Assembly (NCBI RefSeq): GCF_009914755.1
Contig: NC_060932.1
Source of the DNA: the human T2T-CHM13v2.0 reference genome, Homo sapiens
DNA: 64,000 nt
Reading direction: 5' to 3' (one strand)
In this document: piece after piece, positions 10,052 to 22,868 of the stretch
How the letters are laid out: every line of letters begins with the position of its first letter
Numbering within the stretch: the first letter of the stretch is position 1
The notes under the pieces: generated by a model
Databases searched by the model: none
Told to the model about the DNA's origin: nothing
The model's input: only the letters and a program-made list of their open reading frames with translations
Translations under genes and position numbers: made by a program

Positions 10052-13000
10052 AGACCTCTGGAGAGAAAAATTGAGACATGTAAGAGGGCAGGAGTGACAC
10101 AGTGGTGACACACTCTGGAGTCCTGCCTACAAGCAGCACCCTTTGACCCACTCCACAAAAGCTCTATTCCACAGCTCAATTCCTCCTTAAAAAAAAGGTG
10201 AGAAAAAAATCTAAAACTTAGGAGAAAACAAGGAGAATGACCCACTTTCAAGCACTTCTTAGATTTTACGACAACTCTACTAGCCAGACTTTATGTAAAA
10301 TGGAAGTAACGTGGTCTTTGTGCACATTTAAAAAAAAAAAAAAAAAAAAGCCCTAAGGTCGACCTGCAAGTTATAGATTTCCTAAGGTCTCTTTTTCTCT
10401 CTTTTCTTTTCTGCCTGCTTTATATCAGCTGTTACATTATGACTGAGATAAAAGCCACTGTTTGGATATAACAGGGTTTTGTTTGTCTGTTTGTTCGTTT
10501 TTCAAGCCAGTTTCATATCATTCCTAAAGTTCTCAACCAAAAGCTACAGGATTTTCTTTTCTGTGCAAATATGTGCATGTATATATTTAAAAGGCTTTTA
10601 TGATTTCTATAATTTTATGTTATGTAGCAGTTACATCCATTTTAATTTCTGTCTAGCACAACAGACTATTTCGCTGTGTTCCTCAGATGTAAGTTTCCTA
10701 TCTGATTTTCACCTATGAATTGTTTCCTTTGATATGCAGAGTAAGGCTATTTAGCTGACAGCTACCTAAGGTAGTCAAACAGGTTATCAAGAATTTGAAA
10801 ACCTAAGACAGGAAAAAATAGGATCTTATGAATCTATAAGATGTACATCTATTGGCATGCCTAATACATCTATGTATTTATGTGTTGTGTACACAATGTT
10901 TCACTATTAAAAATATATACAAGAGCTCTAATTGGCTTTAAAAATAAAAGCACATAAATCAGATACTTAATCAAATAAAAGACTACACAAATGCTTTTTA
11001 AGGTCACTTGACTTAAAATATTTAATAAATGAGCTGGCTTTAAAATTATGGGTAAAGTAAAATTAGAAATGTCGTAAAAATTGTTAGCATTTTTGTTTTG
11101 TGTTTATTGATCAAGTAATTCCATGCTTAATCCTGCAGAATAATATAAGATTAACCATAAGGGTTATAAAATTATGAAAGCCAGACCAAGACAAAATGAT
11201 CTTTGCTTGTGTAATTTTAGACAAGAAAGACATGGAATATTCTTTTAATGAAATCCTAAATTATTTGTAAAAATACTCTTATATTTAACTTTAGGTTTCC
11301 TATGTAAGTAAACACCTAAAATGCACAGCTATAAAAAAGGGTAACAGGGAAATAACTTACAGAAGGACTGTTACAGTTTTGGTCAATAATCTAGGTAAAC
11401 TATTGAATAATGTAATCAGGGAAATGTGATGGAATAAATGCTTGTAAACAAACTTGTCATATAATTTAGGATCTAAGGTTATTCATAAATATTGAGTATA
11501 CAGGTAATTCAAAACTTAAAAATTATAAAAAATTTTTAAGTGTTCTTATTAAAATGTAAATATCTTTGTGTAACTGACAGCCTACTTAAATGTTATGTAT
11601 AAAAAGAACCAGAAAAAAAGAAATGTAAAAAAATTTAAAGTGGTACCTTTTTATAGAGAAGGGATAAAGGAAAATAATTTTATATCAGAAAGAATCTTGT
11701 GTAGTAAATTTTTGCCCTAGAATAAAATGACTGGGTCATTCAAGAAAGAGGAATATTTAGGAAAAAACAGAAAGTCTAAACATGTTTTGAGTGGTCTATG
11801 TAAGTCATAACAGGGTTAGTAAAAATATATTTTTTTAAAGGGGTTGTATAATTCAGTTGGCTACCATTAAAAAGGAATTATAATAGTCTTTCTAGGGATG
11901 GATCTTCGATATTTAAAAATATACACTAATGTAAAACTGAAATAATTGGTTAAAACAAGATTTTTATTAAAAATATTAACTTATTACTAATGCAAAAAGT
12001 TATTAAATTTTAAATTCTAGAATCTGTCTCTTTGAAATTCTTCAGATAAAATAGGTCAAAACTTCAGCTCTTCCTCTTTGAAAGGGCCATGGATGATAGC
12101 TCTCTCCTTCACCTTTTGTTGGCTCCTGTAACTTTTATTAATTATCTAAAGTAAGAAAGGGAATTTTTTTAAAAAAACAGTCAAATGAAATATCCTTTGG
12201 ACCTGCCTTTTTATTCCGCATGAGTGTTATATCTCTATCTTTATATGTGTCATGTGGAAGTGGTATTTAACTCCCAAACTACATGAAAGAGCTCTAGACA
12301 AGTAACTTTTCTTAAAGAAATGTAGCTGCTTGTTAGACTGGTACAAGCTATCTCAAATGCCCTTTTAATTTTCATAACCTTAAGAATCTTTGGTAAAATT
12401 AATGTGGTAAATTCCATCTCAAAACTCTCCAGTAATTTAAAAGCTTCAAGTCATGTTAAAATCTCAGGTTAGGTTATTTTTCACTGGAAATTTGGATTGC
12501 TGAAAGTTAAAATAGCAAGAGCATAAAATTTGTTTTTGGTGAATTTTATAAAGCATAAAAATGTTGACTTTGCTTAAAAAAGAAAATATATTTTTCCTCT
12601 AGCTAGAAAACTATTTAAGAGTTGCTTTAAAATGAAAGGAAAAATTATACGGATATAACTAAATAAAAAGAGTAATTAAGCTAGGGCAACAAAAGTTAAC
12701 TCTGAGACCCGTGGCTACCAAAATGATAGTCAATCAATGTGGGGGAAGAGCAAAACTAACTATTTAGAACCAGAGGGTATACTGTAAAGAATTGTTCCAT
12801 TTTGTAGTTTAGTATCATCAGCTTCTTTAAAAAATCCTTACTATGATGGATTGAGAAAAAACACTTTAAGGACAAGATTCTTAATTTTAAATGTTACACG
12901 ATTTAAGAGCTTGTTTGGGTTAATGCAGGACCGACAGTTCACTATTGAACAACCACTAACATGTGATCCAAATACCCAGGAGGTTATTCCTAAGAGAATA

Positions 13001-16000
13001 ATCATCATAATATACCCAGAAAATGCCACTATAAAGTCTGTTTTCTCTGAGTAGGGGACTACCTAACTCTCCCAATAAAATACCAAGTGAAACACCCCAG
13101 ATGGAGCAGTTAATATGCTTCTTATGTGAACCATGTTGGACTGGCTTAATAATGACTGGGATATGCTCCCACCAAACTGTCTGTTACCCAGGTTATGTTA
13201 AATTTGGGTGCTAAGAGGGCCCCTTTTACATGGATGCTCCTCCCACAAAATCATGAGAGTGTTTGAGGAGTCGTATCAAATTTGCTGCCCCTTAGAGGTC
13301 TTACAGATGCAACTCCCTGCTGAGAAACCAAACCCTTTTTCAATAGAAAAGGTAAAATGATTTGGGGGTATTAAAAAAAAATTCTGGGACCAGAACATAT
13401 AAACATACAGGTTAATAGAGTTATGAAATTTAAAATGTTTAAACAGGTTTTATGTAAGGTAGTTGTAACCTCCTTTACTACCTGGGAGAGGTTTCCCCTT
13501 TCTAGTAGTATAAAACTGAAGGCATATAAATCTGCTCTTTTGAGAAATGTTAATTGGACATGCCAAATGGGAACTAGTAAGACTGCCTAAGCCCACAAAG
13601 TATAGGGTAGAAGCTGGAGTGCTAGTCGGGACAAATCCTGCACTTCATAGCCCTTTGTGTAACATTTATTGGGGCTGATGGCAAAAAAAAAAAAAAACTG
13701 TGAGTTCTTCCTGATGACAAAGATAGAACAAGGGAATTTCTAGCTCAGGGACATTTAGTACCTTACTATGGAATGCTAACTGAACCAACTTCTATGATAG
13801 TGGAAATAATGTTGCCCCAAAAGAGTTTCGTGATAAAATAAAAATGGTTTACATAGAATCTTGCTACATGGGGATATAAGGAGGAGATACTAATAAGCAG
13901 GCAGCCTCATTCCTAGGACTAATTCTAACTCTGTGAGGAGCTGCTAGATTGCATAGTGCCTGATAGACAGCTCTCAGGAGCGGTTTGGCTTGTGCATGAC
14001 ATTTCCAAGATGATAAACAAACATCTTGTGTGAAAGCCACTGCTCTTGTTAAAGGAGGGTCCAGACAATCTTTTTCTTTAATTCATTTTGATGAAGTTTG
14101 TTTTTGTAAGCAAATTATCTTTCTGAGTTCTCCAAAATTCAGATCCTAATTTTATGACAATATGGTTGTTTGCATAAGTTTCAATAAGAGTCTTTAAAAC
14201 AATTAGAGACTTGAACTAAAGTGGTATATTTTTAGGTAAGGTGCCAGCAAAGCCAACTTAAAATGAGTCTATGTGGCCAATCAATTCTTGCTGCATTTTA
14301 AGCAAATAATCCGGCCAACCATGATAAGACTAAAACTTACTTGGCACACAAACTGGTCTTACTATAATCTCTTAAAAAAATGCAGATAGAACAATTGTTT
14401 AAAAGGAAAAGCTTAAGGATTAGTACTAGATTTCAGTCCTAACTCTTTTTAAGTGCAGATTAAATCATTATTTCTTTGCTACAATAATCCTATAGAGAGT
14501 ACCAGATCATAATTTATCTCCATATTTTTAGCTGGTTCCCTAATGAAGTAGGTTCCTTTTTCCATTCTGACACACAAATAATCTTTTGATTGTGAAACTA
14601 TAAATGTTATTTACCTCTCCTTGTTTTACTTCCAAGGAAACCAAAATTACGGTATTTTGAAGACTAGAGATATGAATCCCCCTCAGCTGACATCCCACTG
14701 GGTTCAGATCTGTATTTCACCGCGAATCTTCTGATGCTAAAACTATACAAGCACCCTCTCTCTAGGCTCAGGGACTGTCTTGGAAGAGGCAGGCACATGA
14801 GATTGTAAGAGCTAGTTTTGGGCATGAACTTAGGTCCATGTCAAACTCTCCAAATCAAGGAGGGGTACAAAGATGGTACAGCCGGCAAAACAAGGGACAT
14901 TTCCTTCTAGACTATAGTGTGTCACTTTTGCATCCACCCCAACCATAAACAATTTTCTGCTTCTCATAGATTTAAAAGAAAATATTTACTGATAGGATAA
15001 AGATGCCTTATGACAAAGCCTCTTGGTATAATACTCCCAAGTATAAATTGCACATATAGTTTCAAATTGTGCTAATGCCATTAGTATACAATGGCAACAG
15101 CAATCCTGATGAATCCAGCAAAATTCGCCACCCAGAAATTAAAACTTGACCTCACTGGAAAAGTTGGAGCTGGCCTAGGTATATTGGTGTAAGCTGAGTT
15201 CATAGCTAACGAGGAGAGGCATCTCTTAGAGAAAAGTTTTCTGTCAAAAATAGCCCACATAGAAGGAATGTTATTCCAGGAAGATGGAAAAGGATGGGAA
15301 GCTCCTTTAAAAAATAATGCAACACTCATCAAATGGATAGGAGAAACCAAACAAAACATAAAAACATACTCCAAACCCGAAGGTGGCAATGAGCATGTTC
15401 TGTAACCCAACAGGGGCTCATGTCTATTTCATTACAAACACAATCTAAGGTGGCTATGAAGCAATGGCCTATACTCATCTGTGCCGAGGCACAATCCAAA
15501 CACCTGTGGAAAATACACGGCCCCCCAAACATATGGAAAATTTCGGATGGTAAATGTGACCTCAAACATGGTATTCTCAGAGCATAGGCACCAAAGTTAA
15601 ATGAGGCTCAAAGGTATTCTGTGGTTCAACTGGCAGGCATTGTAAACAATACAGAAATACTCCCCTGGGGAAATAGGTGGACTATTTCAGCTCATGATAA
15701 CACATGGCGTCCCATCTCCTTTTCAGATTGTGAAAACAGAAAAGGGGAATGGTTATGCCCTCAGTCCACTTAGAACCCTAATTTTCCCCAACTTAGCCCC
15801 TAATATCCACTCCCATAGCACATAACATTTGTTATATGGGAAAGGGCCATTTCTGTGGGAAAGGACAACAAAATGAAAGTATAGAATCATATGACTTCTC
15901 CTTTAAAGAACATTGTTTTCTCTCCCAAACACATACCAGTATATAGTGCAATACAAGTGGTGTGAAAAATAGGTGTGTCTACTGTTAACAAATCCTGTAA

Positions 16001-16185
16001 CAATTTAGATATAGAACACCAGGCATTTGTTGCACTTGATTTATACCCTCGTCAGGATGTTATACCTATGGAGACCAATTGGCCCGAAGTAAACGAAGCT
16101 GCACCCTTACTACCTTGGGCACATGTTCTGAGGACCTCCTGAGGGCTCTTCAATATATTGCAGAGTTTGACTGCTTTACTCAACA
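10052..16185 (+). mobile_element. MER4-group ERV internal region plus deleted 3' LTR end (16095-16185)
   Basis: AT-rich MER4-int-like sequence with decayed gag-like (~12900-13300), pro/pol-like (LIGHAKWELVRLPKP, ~13550) and env-like (~15130-15400) peptides. Ends in the LTR terminus ...gaggacctcctgaggg...caaca. Confidence 0.7.
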
Positions 16186-16272
16186 AGGTACTGGGGATTA
16201 GGGTAGAAATACACCGATGTGAAGGACGGCGCCATTTCTCAACTCACAGAAATAAAAGAAGAGAAAACACCT

Positions 16273-16387
16273 GGAGAAGGAGGAGGAGAAGGGGGAGGGG
16301 AAAGGCGAGAGGAGGGGGAAGGGAAGGGGAGGGGAGGAGTGGAGGAGGAGGAGGAGGAGAAGGAGGAGGAGGAGGAGGAGGAGGAGG
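16273..16387 (+). repeat. Expanded G/A-rich (GAG)n low-complexity tract
   Basis: A polypurine tract of ~110 nt here versus ~30 nt in copy A. Confidence 0.9.
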
Positions 16388-16539
16388 CGCAGCTGCTGAG
16401 CCTGGAGCTCCCGCCAGCCCCTGGGTGAGTCCTTGAGGTGGAAGAAGAGGGACTTGGTCCTGAGCCTGCCCCGGATCCACCCGCACCAGAACCCTAGAAT
16501 CCCAGTTTCTGGATGGGACCCAGTCCCACCCAGGCCAGA

Positions 16540-16870
16540 CACTCCCTTGACCCGGAGCCCGGGCCCTGCCTGGCCTCTGCTGCCACCTCTCATGACAGAG
16601 TCCAGGGCCCCCGCGCCACCTCCGCATCAGCAGGGCTCTGGGAGGGCGGGGCCAAAGACGCCCAATGGGACTTCCCGTCCGTAGGGGGATCCTGACGCCC
16701 TAAGGGCGCAGAAAGGCGCCCCCTGCACTGGGGCGGCCATCTTCGCTCTCGCAGAGGAAGGGGCCTCTCCAGCGCCCAGACTCAAAACCTCCCCGGAGGC
16801 CCGGGCTGGTGAGGACGCCCTGGCTGGGCCTCTCATGTGGACGAAGGCTGCTTCCGCCCCAGCCGAGATA
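16540..16870 (+). promoter_or_regulatory. CpG-island-like promoter: GC box 16644-16651, CCAAT 16662-16666, YY1-like GGCGGCCATCTT ~16732-16743
   Basis: Motifs read directly. The paralogous segment 1960-2290 has lost most CpGs and these motifs. Confidence 0.45.
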
Positions 16871-17225
16871 CAAAACTCTGAGGAGAATCAAACCTGAAAA
16901 GGTGCCTGTCCTCCTTCCCAGAGGGGAAAGGCAGTTCCTGAAACCTCAGTAGAAGAGAAAACGCTGTGAGGGCTCGGGGGACCAAGGACACTCTTCCCAG
17001 GCCAGCAAGGCCAGAGTAGGAGAAAGCTGCACCCACCTCCAGGGAACATGTGAGGTTTTAGAGGGTCAGGCAAGTCAAGGGCAAACGCCCTGTACCCCCC
17101 CGGGGTCATGAGCACTCCCCACCTACTGGGGTTGGGCTCAGGGAGGCCAGGACATTATCCCCGCATCTCCCCTGCCTCCAGGACCCAGGTTGACTAGGAA
17201 AAGGTGGTGGTAGCTCTAGCTGGCC

Positions 17226-17540
17226 ATGGATGCACAGGCTGGGACATGCAGGCCAACAAAGAGGTGCTGGGCCCTCAAGGGGACTGCTAGATTTCCTAGA
17301 CACTCCAGAGACACAGGGACACCCAGGCAGGACAGGGAGAGCCTGGGAGCAGCTGTGAACAAGTGCAGGTGCCCATCCGAACACACAGAGCCAAGCTCTG
17401 TTCAATCACTTGCTAAGCCAGACCCATCCCAGGGCCCAGAGGTGCAAACAGTGACCCCACTCAGGACTTGGAAGGAGGAGCACAGGAAAAGCCCCAAATT
17501 GGCCAAAAAAACTGTCAGAAATGTGGCAGTTATTTCATAA
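17226..17540 (+). other. Candidate 104-codon small ORF, copy B (coding status unproven)
   Basis: gccATGG, acceptor at 17180-17181, AATAAA at 17551-17556. Confidence 0.28.
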
Positions 17541-18236
17541 GCACGTGAATAATAAACCCAAACAATGGAAAACAAAACTAAACAAAGGCAAGTGTGAATG
17601 GAAACGTGATGAGTGAGAGCAGGAGACTGTCTCAGTTGGAAGCAAGCACAGCAGTCACCACTACTTCATTCAATGACGTCAAGATTTATTCAAAAGCATT
17701 GGCCTGGGGAGTGTAGGGAACCTGGACTAAAACAAGGAATGGGGCACAGCTTGGAGAAAAAGGGGAGAGTCTCAGGGCAGAAATAGAGCACCAGCCTTAG
17801 GAATTATTTATTGTGGCATCAGACCAATGACTACAAGGACATCAGCATGCAAGGGGCGGTGTTAGCCCTGGGAGTGAGCAGCTGTCTTCAGATGAATTTT
17901 CAGGCCACATCATGCTGGAAGCAGAACTCTCACATGGAGCAGTCAGGGATTCGATTGAGTGTGGTTGGATGTATGTGGTTAAATAGGAAGAGAAAGTCTA
18001 AGGGACATTGTGTGTGAAGTGAAATGTGAATGTTTTATTTGAACTCCCTGCGGTTCTCCCCCTCCCTGCAGCATCTGGAGCCCTCTGCTGTTGAAGACAG
18101 TGGGTGTTGATGGGAAACAGCAAAGGGGAAGCAAGCGGTCCTTGGAATTACTTTCTCTCCACATTTCAGGGAATGCACTGACTAAGGACTTGGACAATCT
18201 CTGACCTATCAATGCAGGGGGTGACTCTTGGTTAAA

Positions 18237-20390
18237 TCACTTCCTAAAGAGACATCTCTGTGCCCTGCTGGGAGGCCTATGGTGAACCCTGTGATAGATC
18301 TGGGGACCAGGAGTTGGTGAAGGGGGCATACGGCTGAGGGAAGAGGTGCACAGTAGCTCCATACCATGCAGGCTGAAACTGGAGTTGGCTGGTCTAGGGC
18401 GTCCCATGGGACTAGATGTGGGTGGTAGAGGGTAGCGTTGGGGGAAGGCTGCCAGACAGCATGGAATGCACAATGGGGTTACTAGAAGAAAAGGGCTGAT
18501 CCCAGCTTTGTGGTTTGCTGGGGATATCATCAAGGGCTGGTGATATAGGGGTGCTGCCTCCCCTTCTTCTGCAGGTGAAAGAGGCACATTCTCTCCTTTC
18601 ATGTCTGAGATGTCTCCATCTTGAGCATGGCACTCCAAGCTGAAGTCATCAATGGAAGGCATGATGTACTGGATCTGCACAGGGGACTGCAGGCCATCTT
18701 GTGACCTCAGGATATGCCAGGAACAATCACAAGGACTGTGTTCTCCACGGTCAGCTGCAGCGCTGTCTCTGGGGCAAGATGAGGATGACCTCTTCCAGGC
18801 TCAACCTCACTTCTGTCCCTTGTTCTAGGACTATGATGAGCTCCTCATTGCTGGAATCCTGCTGCTCCCGTGAAAAGATGGCCGTCAGTATTCTCCAAAA
18901 AGGCTGCAAATGATGCTGATGCGGAGGGAGTTGCCAGGAGCTTCACCCTCTACAAGTTTAAAATACACTCCCTCCCATAATTGACTCTCATGCTGACCCA
19001 CCTAAATGTACATCCACTGGATGTCTCTTGAGCCTGAAGAGTGTGCAGCACTGTCCAATCTTTGCCATACAAGGACATACGAACTTACCTGGGGAGGTTT
19101 CTGGGACGGGCATGAATTCTGGTGTGGAGCTCCTGGAATTGAGGGTGTTTTGCAATCTTTGCCATGCAATGACATAATAACTTACCTGGGGAGTTTCCAG
19201 GGACTGGCCTGAATTCAGTGTGGAGCTCCTGGAATTGAGGGTGTTTTTGCACCTGCAGAGAGATCACAGTGAGGGAGGTTAAGGCTCTTCCAGCAAGAGT
19301 CTCTTGGATTTCAGAATATGACCTTCAGAAATCCACAACCCAGCACAGGCCAGCCTCAGGACACCAGCCCCCATCAATCAAGCATGACTTTCCACTCATC
19401 CTGCAGAAAGCACCCTCTCCTTTTATAAGATTGTGAGACATGACACTGACCTCCAGGCAGGGAGATCTTAAGAAATATCAGGGAAATTGCCTTACCTATA
19501 CTGGTACCCTGCTCCACTTGGTGACGTTTGGGTGGATTCATTTGCGTGGTAGCCAAGCTGCAGGACAGAAAGGGATCCGTTAGTCTTCCACACAGAGTCT
19601 AATTCTCACAAGCCCAAAACTCCATTTATCATCCAGCACACATTCTTTCTGTGTCCCTCAGTCAAGTGCACTTGTGTTGGGCTCCAAATCCTACCTGCAT
19701 CCAGTAAGTCCTAATGCTCATCTCCCACCCTCAACTTTTCTAATGGCTTTTCCTATCGGTGAATGTGTGTGATAAGGGATGGTGACCACAGGAAACAGTT
19801 TGCTTTCTCAGGAGCTCATCCATCTGAGAAGGGACATCTAATTTGGTCTGAGGACTTTCAGGGAAGACGTTGTTATTTCAGGTATCTGAGCACCGTGTCT
19901 GTGCAGTTACAGTGTGAATGGAGTGAGAGATGATGGGAAATGTTTCATTTTCTAATGAGCACAGGGAAGAAATTTAGATCATGCCCACAGTTTACCTGTC
20001 TCCGCACAAGAGGTGACTTTCATTTAGAGAGGGAACATAGATCGACAGTGGGAGGAAACCTGAGATGAGCCCCCTGACAGGTCCAGAAACGCCCCATGCT
20101 GGCAGGATCCTATGGCCTCCACTGTGGGTCTCATGTCTCCGGCAGGTGTTCTAAATTTATAACGTTCAATGTCATGGCAGGCCAGGGTGCTTTCTCTGCC
20201 CTAGTTTGACCCTTTATCACACATTCACACCACACACACACACAAATGCACACAGTCACACATAGTCACATGGCAACCTCCTGGCAACCCAAGGTAAACA
20301 CACACTAACATACCTGCTCTCTCCTTCATTGTCATTCTGCGATTCTGTCCAGGAATCACTAAGGCTTCTTTGGCGCCAGTAACCATACAT
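18237..20390 (-). pseudogene. Full-length PRR23D pseudogene (exons 20314-20390, 19496-19557, 19186-19252 plus duplicate 19089-19156, ~18237-18867)
   Basis: Exons 1-2 are intact. Exon 3 has a 1-nt deletion giving CAC TGA. The exon 4 acceptor is mutated cag>cgg, and two 1-nt deletions near 18775 and 18718 give a premature stop. Confidence 0.88.
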
Positions 20391-21239
20391 GGTAAAGGTT
20401 CTCTAGACTCACTTGTATCAGAAAATTTCAATCTTCATCTTATTTTCTTATAAATCTATACAGTCTATGACTTGATCTTTTACTTTTCCTGAAGAAGATG
20501 ATCAGTTCGGCACATCCAGAACATGGAATAGTGTGCCCTGGCCTGGGACAGGTTGAATGACGCTATGGTAGAATGAAATCTTGGGCAAATCCCAAAAGTT
20601 TTATAATAGAGAGAGCTGTGGGATTTATCAAAATGGATGAACACGATTGGCTAGTGCTGCTGATTAAGTAGTAGGACCTGCATGGGAGTGCTTTTATCAA
20701 AACTCAAGTGATATGGGTGTGCCCCTGTTAGAATTAGCCTAATCTAATCAAAATCAATCTAATGTAACCTCTACTCTGATTCACCATAGAAATGTGATAT
20801 AAAATATCAGCATTTTAAAATAGTGCTATTTACATTCTATTGTATACTATTCATTAATTAGGAAAGACAATTATTTTCTGTAAGTTTCATGTGCATAATC
20901 ATTTCTGGGTAAACATAAAGGATTGGTTCTAGGAAACTTTGAAGGTAACAATATTTGTGGATGCTCCACTTCCTTGTATAAAGTGGTAGAGAATTTAGAT
21001 GTAACTTACTCATATTAATTCATATAGCTTAAATTATCTCTAGATTACTTATAATACCTAATACAATGCCCAGACCTTACATTACTTACGTGTTCTCAAC
21101 AAAGAATTTGGTGAAGGGAAAATTCAAATTTTTTTTTGTCGGGGGGTGGAAATTGTGTAAATATTTTCTGAATATTTTCTATTCAAGTTTAGTTGAATCC
21201 ATGGAGCTGGAACCCATGGATGTGGAGGGCTGACAGTAT

Positions 21240-21530
21240 TTTTTTTTTTTTGAGATGGAGTCTCACTCTGTCTCCCAGGCAGGAATGCAGTAGTACGATC
21301 TCGGCTCACTGCAAGCTCCACCCGCTGGGTTCAAGTGATTTTCCTGCCTCAGAGTACCGAGTAGCTGTGATTACAGGCATGTGCCACCACGCTTGTCTAA
21401 TTTTTGTATTTTTAGTAGAGACGGGGTTTCACCGTGCTGGCCAGGCTGGTCTCAAACTCCTGACCTCAAGTGATCCATCTACCTCGGCCTCCCAAAGTGC
21501 TGGGATTACAGACGTGAGCCACCGCTTCTG
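21240..21530 (-). mobile_element. AluS element, TSD tgacagtattttt
   Basis: Alu consensus with flanking direct repeats. Absent at the paralogous site ~6580. Confidence 0.93.
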
Positions 21531-22250
21531 GTGACAGTATTTTTAAATAATAAAATAATATGTATTTTAAGTGAAAGAACTTTTAAAATGAATCTCCTGG
21601 GGAAAGTTATCCAAACATAATAGGCTCATATCATAAGATGAGCTGGGAAAAATACCAAAAGGACCTTTACTTAATTTCTAATATATCACTATGAGCTAAT
21701 CTGTCTGTTGGCTTATTTCTTGCCTGTATCCCCCACTGGAATGGTTTCAGAATTATAATGCAAGTTTCCCTTTCAACATTACTTATTAATTAAAAATCCA
21801 TGATTTCCATGGACAAAGTCACCTAAACTTCCATCAGGAGGCCAGACACCAAATGCCCAAACTCAGAGTTAATCATTTTATGATTAAAAATTATTTGACA
21901 ACATAAAAAAGGTTGGATGGTATTGGGGAGAAAAGATGACCAGTAAATACCAAAATTGAACTAAATGGAAATTCTGTGAGGCTGCACCATTACTGAATGT
22001 GCCGTCACTAACAGGCCCTTGAGCTCAGGATGTCATTCTCTCCCTAGAAATTGTATAAATTTGTTTGTAGATTCTTTCCATTTAGCTGATATCCTCCTCA
22101 GTCTTATTAGGTGAAGTACAGGCCCTGCTAACTTCTTAAAAGCGCCCACGGCGGACCTTAGTGTCTTTATTCAGAGGTCTGTCTGCTTTGTGGATTTCGG
22201 TCTTTTCTGAGCAGAACAGCAGATACTTTGCTGAAGATCAGATGTAGTTT

Positions 22251-22544
22251 GTTTGTTTGTTTTTCAGACGGAGTTGTGTTCTGTTGCCCAGGCTGGAGTG
22301 AGGTGGTGCAGTCTGGCTCACTACAACCTCTGCCTCCCAGGTTCAAGCGATTCTCCTGTCTCAGCCTCTCGAGTAGCTGGGATTAGAGGTGTGCACCACC
22401 ATGCCCGGCTACTTTTTGTATTTTGGTTAGAGACGGGGTTCCACCATGTTGGCCAGGCTGGTCTCAAACTCCTGACCTCAAGTGATCTGCCCATGTCCGC
22501 CTCACAAAATGTTGGGATTACCGGCATGAGTCATGGTGCCCAAC
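22251..22544 (-). mobile_element. AluS element, TSD cagatgtagttt
   Basis: Alu consensus on the reverse strand. Absent in unit A. Confidence 0.93.
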
Positions 22545-22572
22545 CAGATGTAGTTTTAAAGTTGGGTTACTT

Positions 22573-22868
<296 letters not shown>

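Noticed and set aside
9703-10251. 182-aa minus-strand ORF
   Set aside because: Spans the cassette/ERV junction, has no recognisable homology and is not conserved in unit B.
16198-16627. Minus-strand ORFs with poly-Pro/poly-Leu and a hydrophobic, GPI-like tail
   Set aside because: Produced by the (GAG)n tract; frames are not conserved in unit A.
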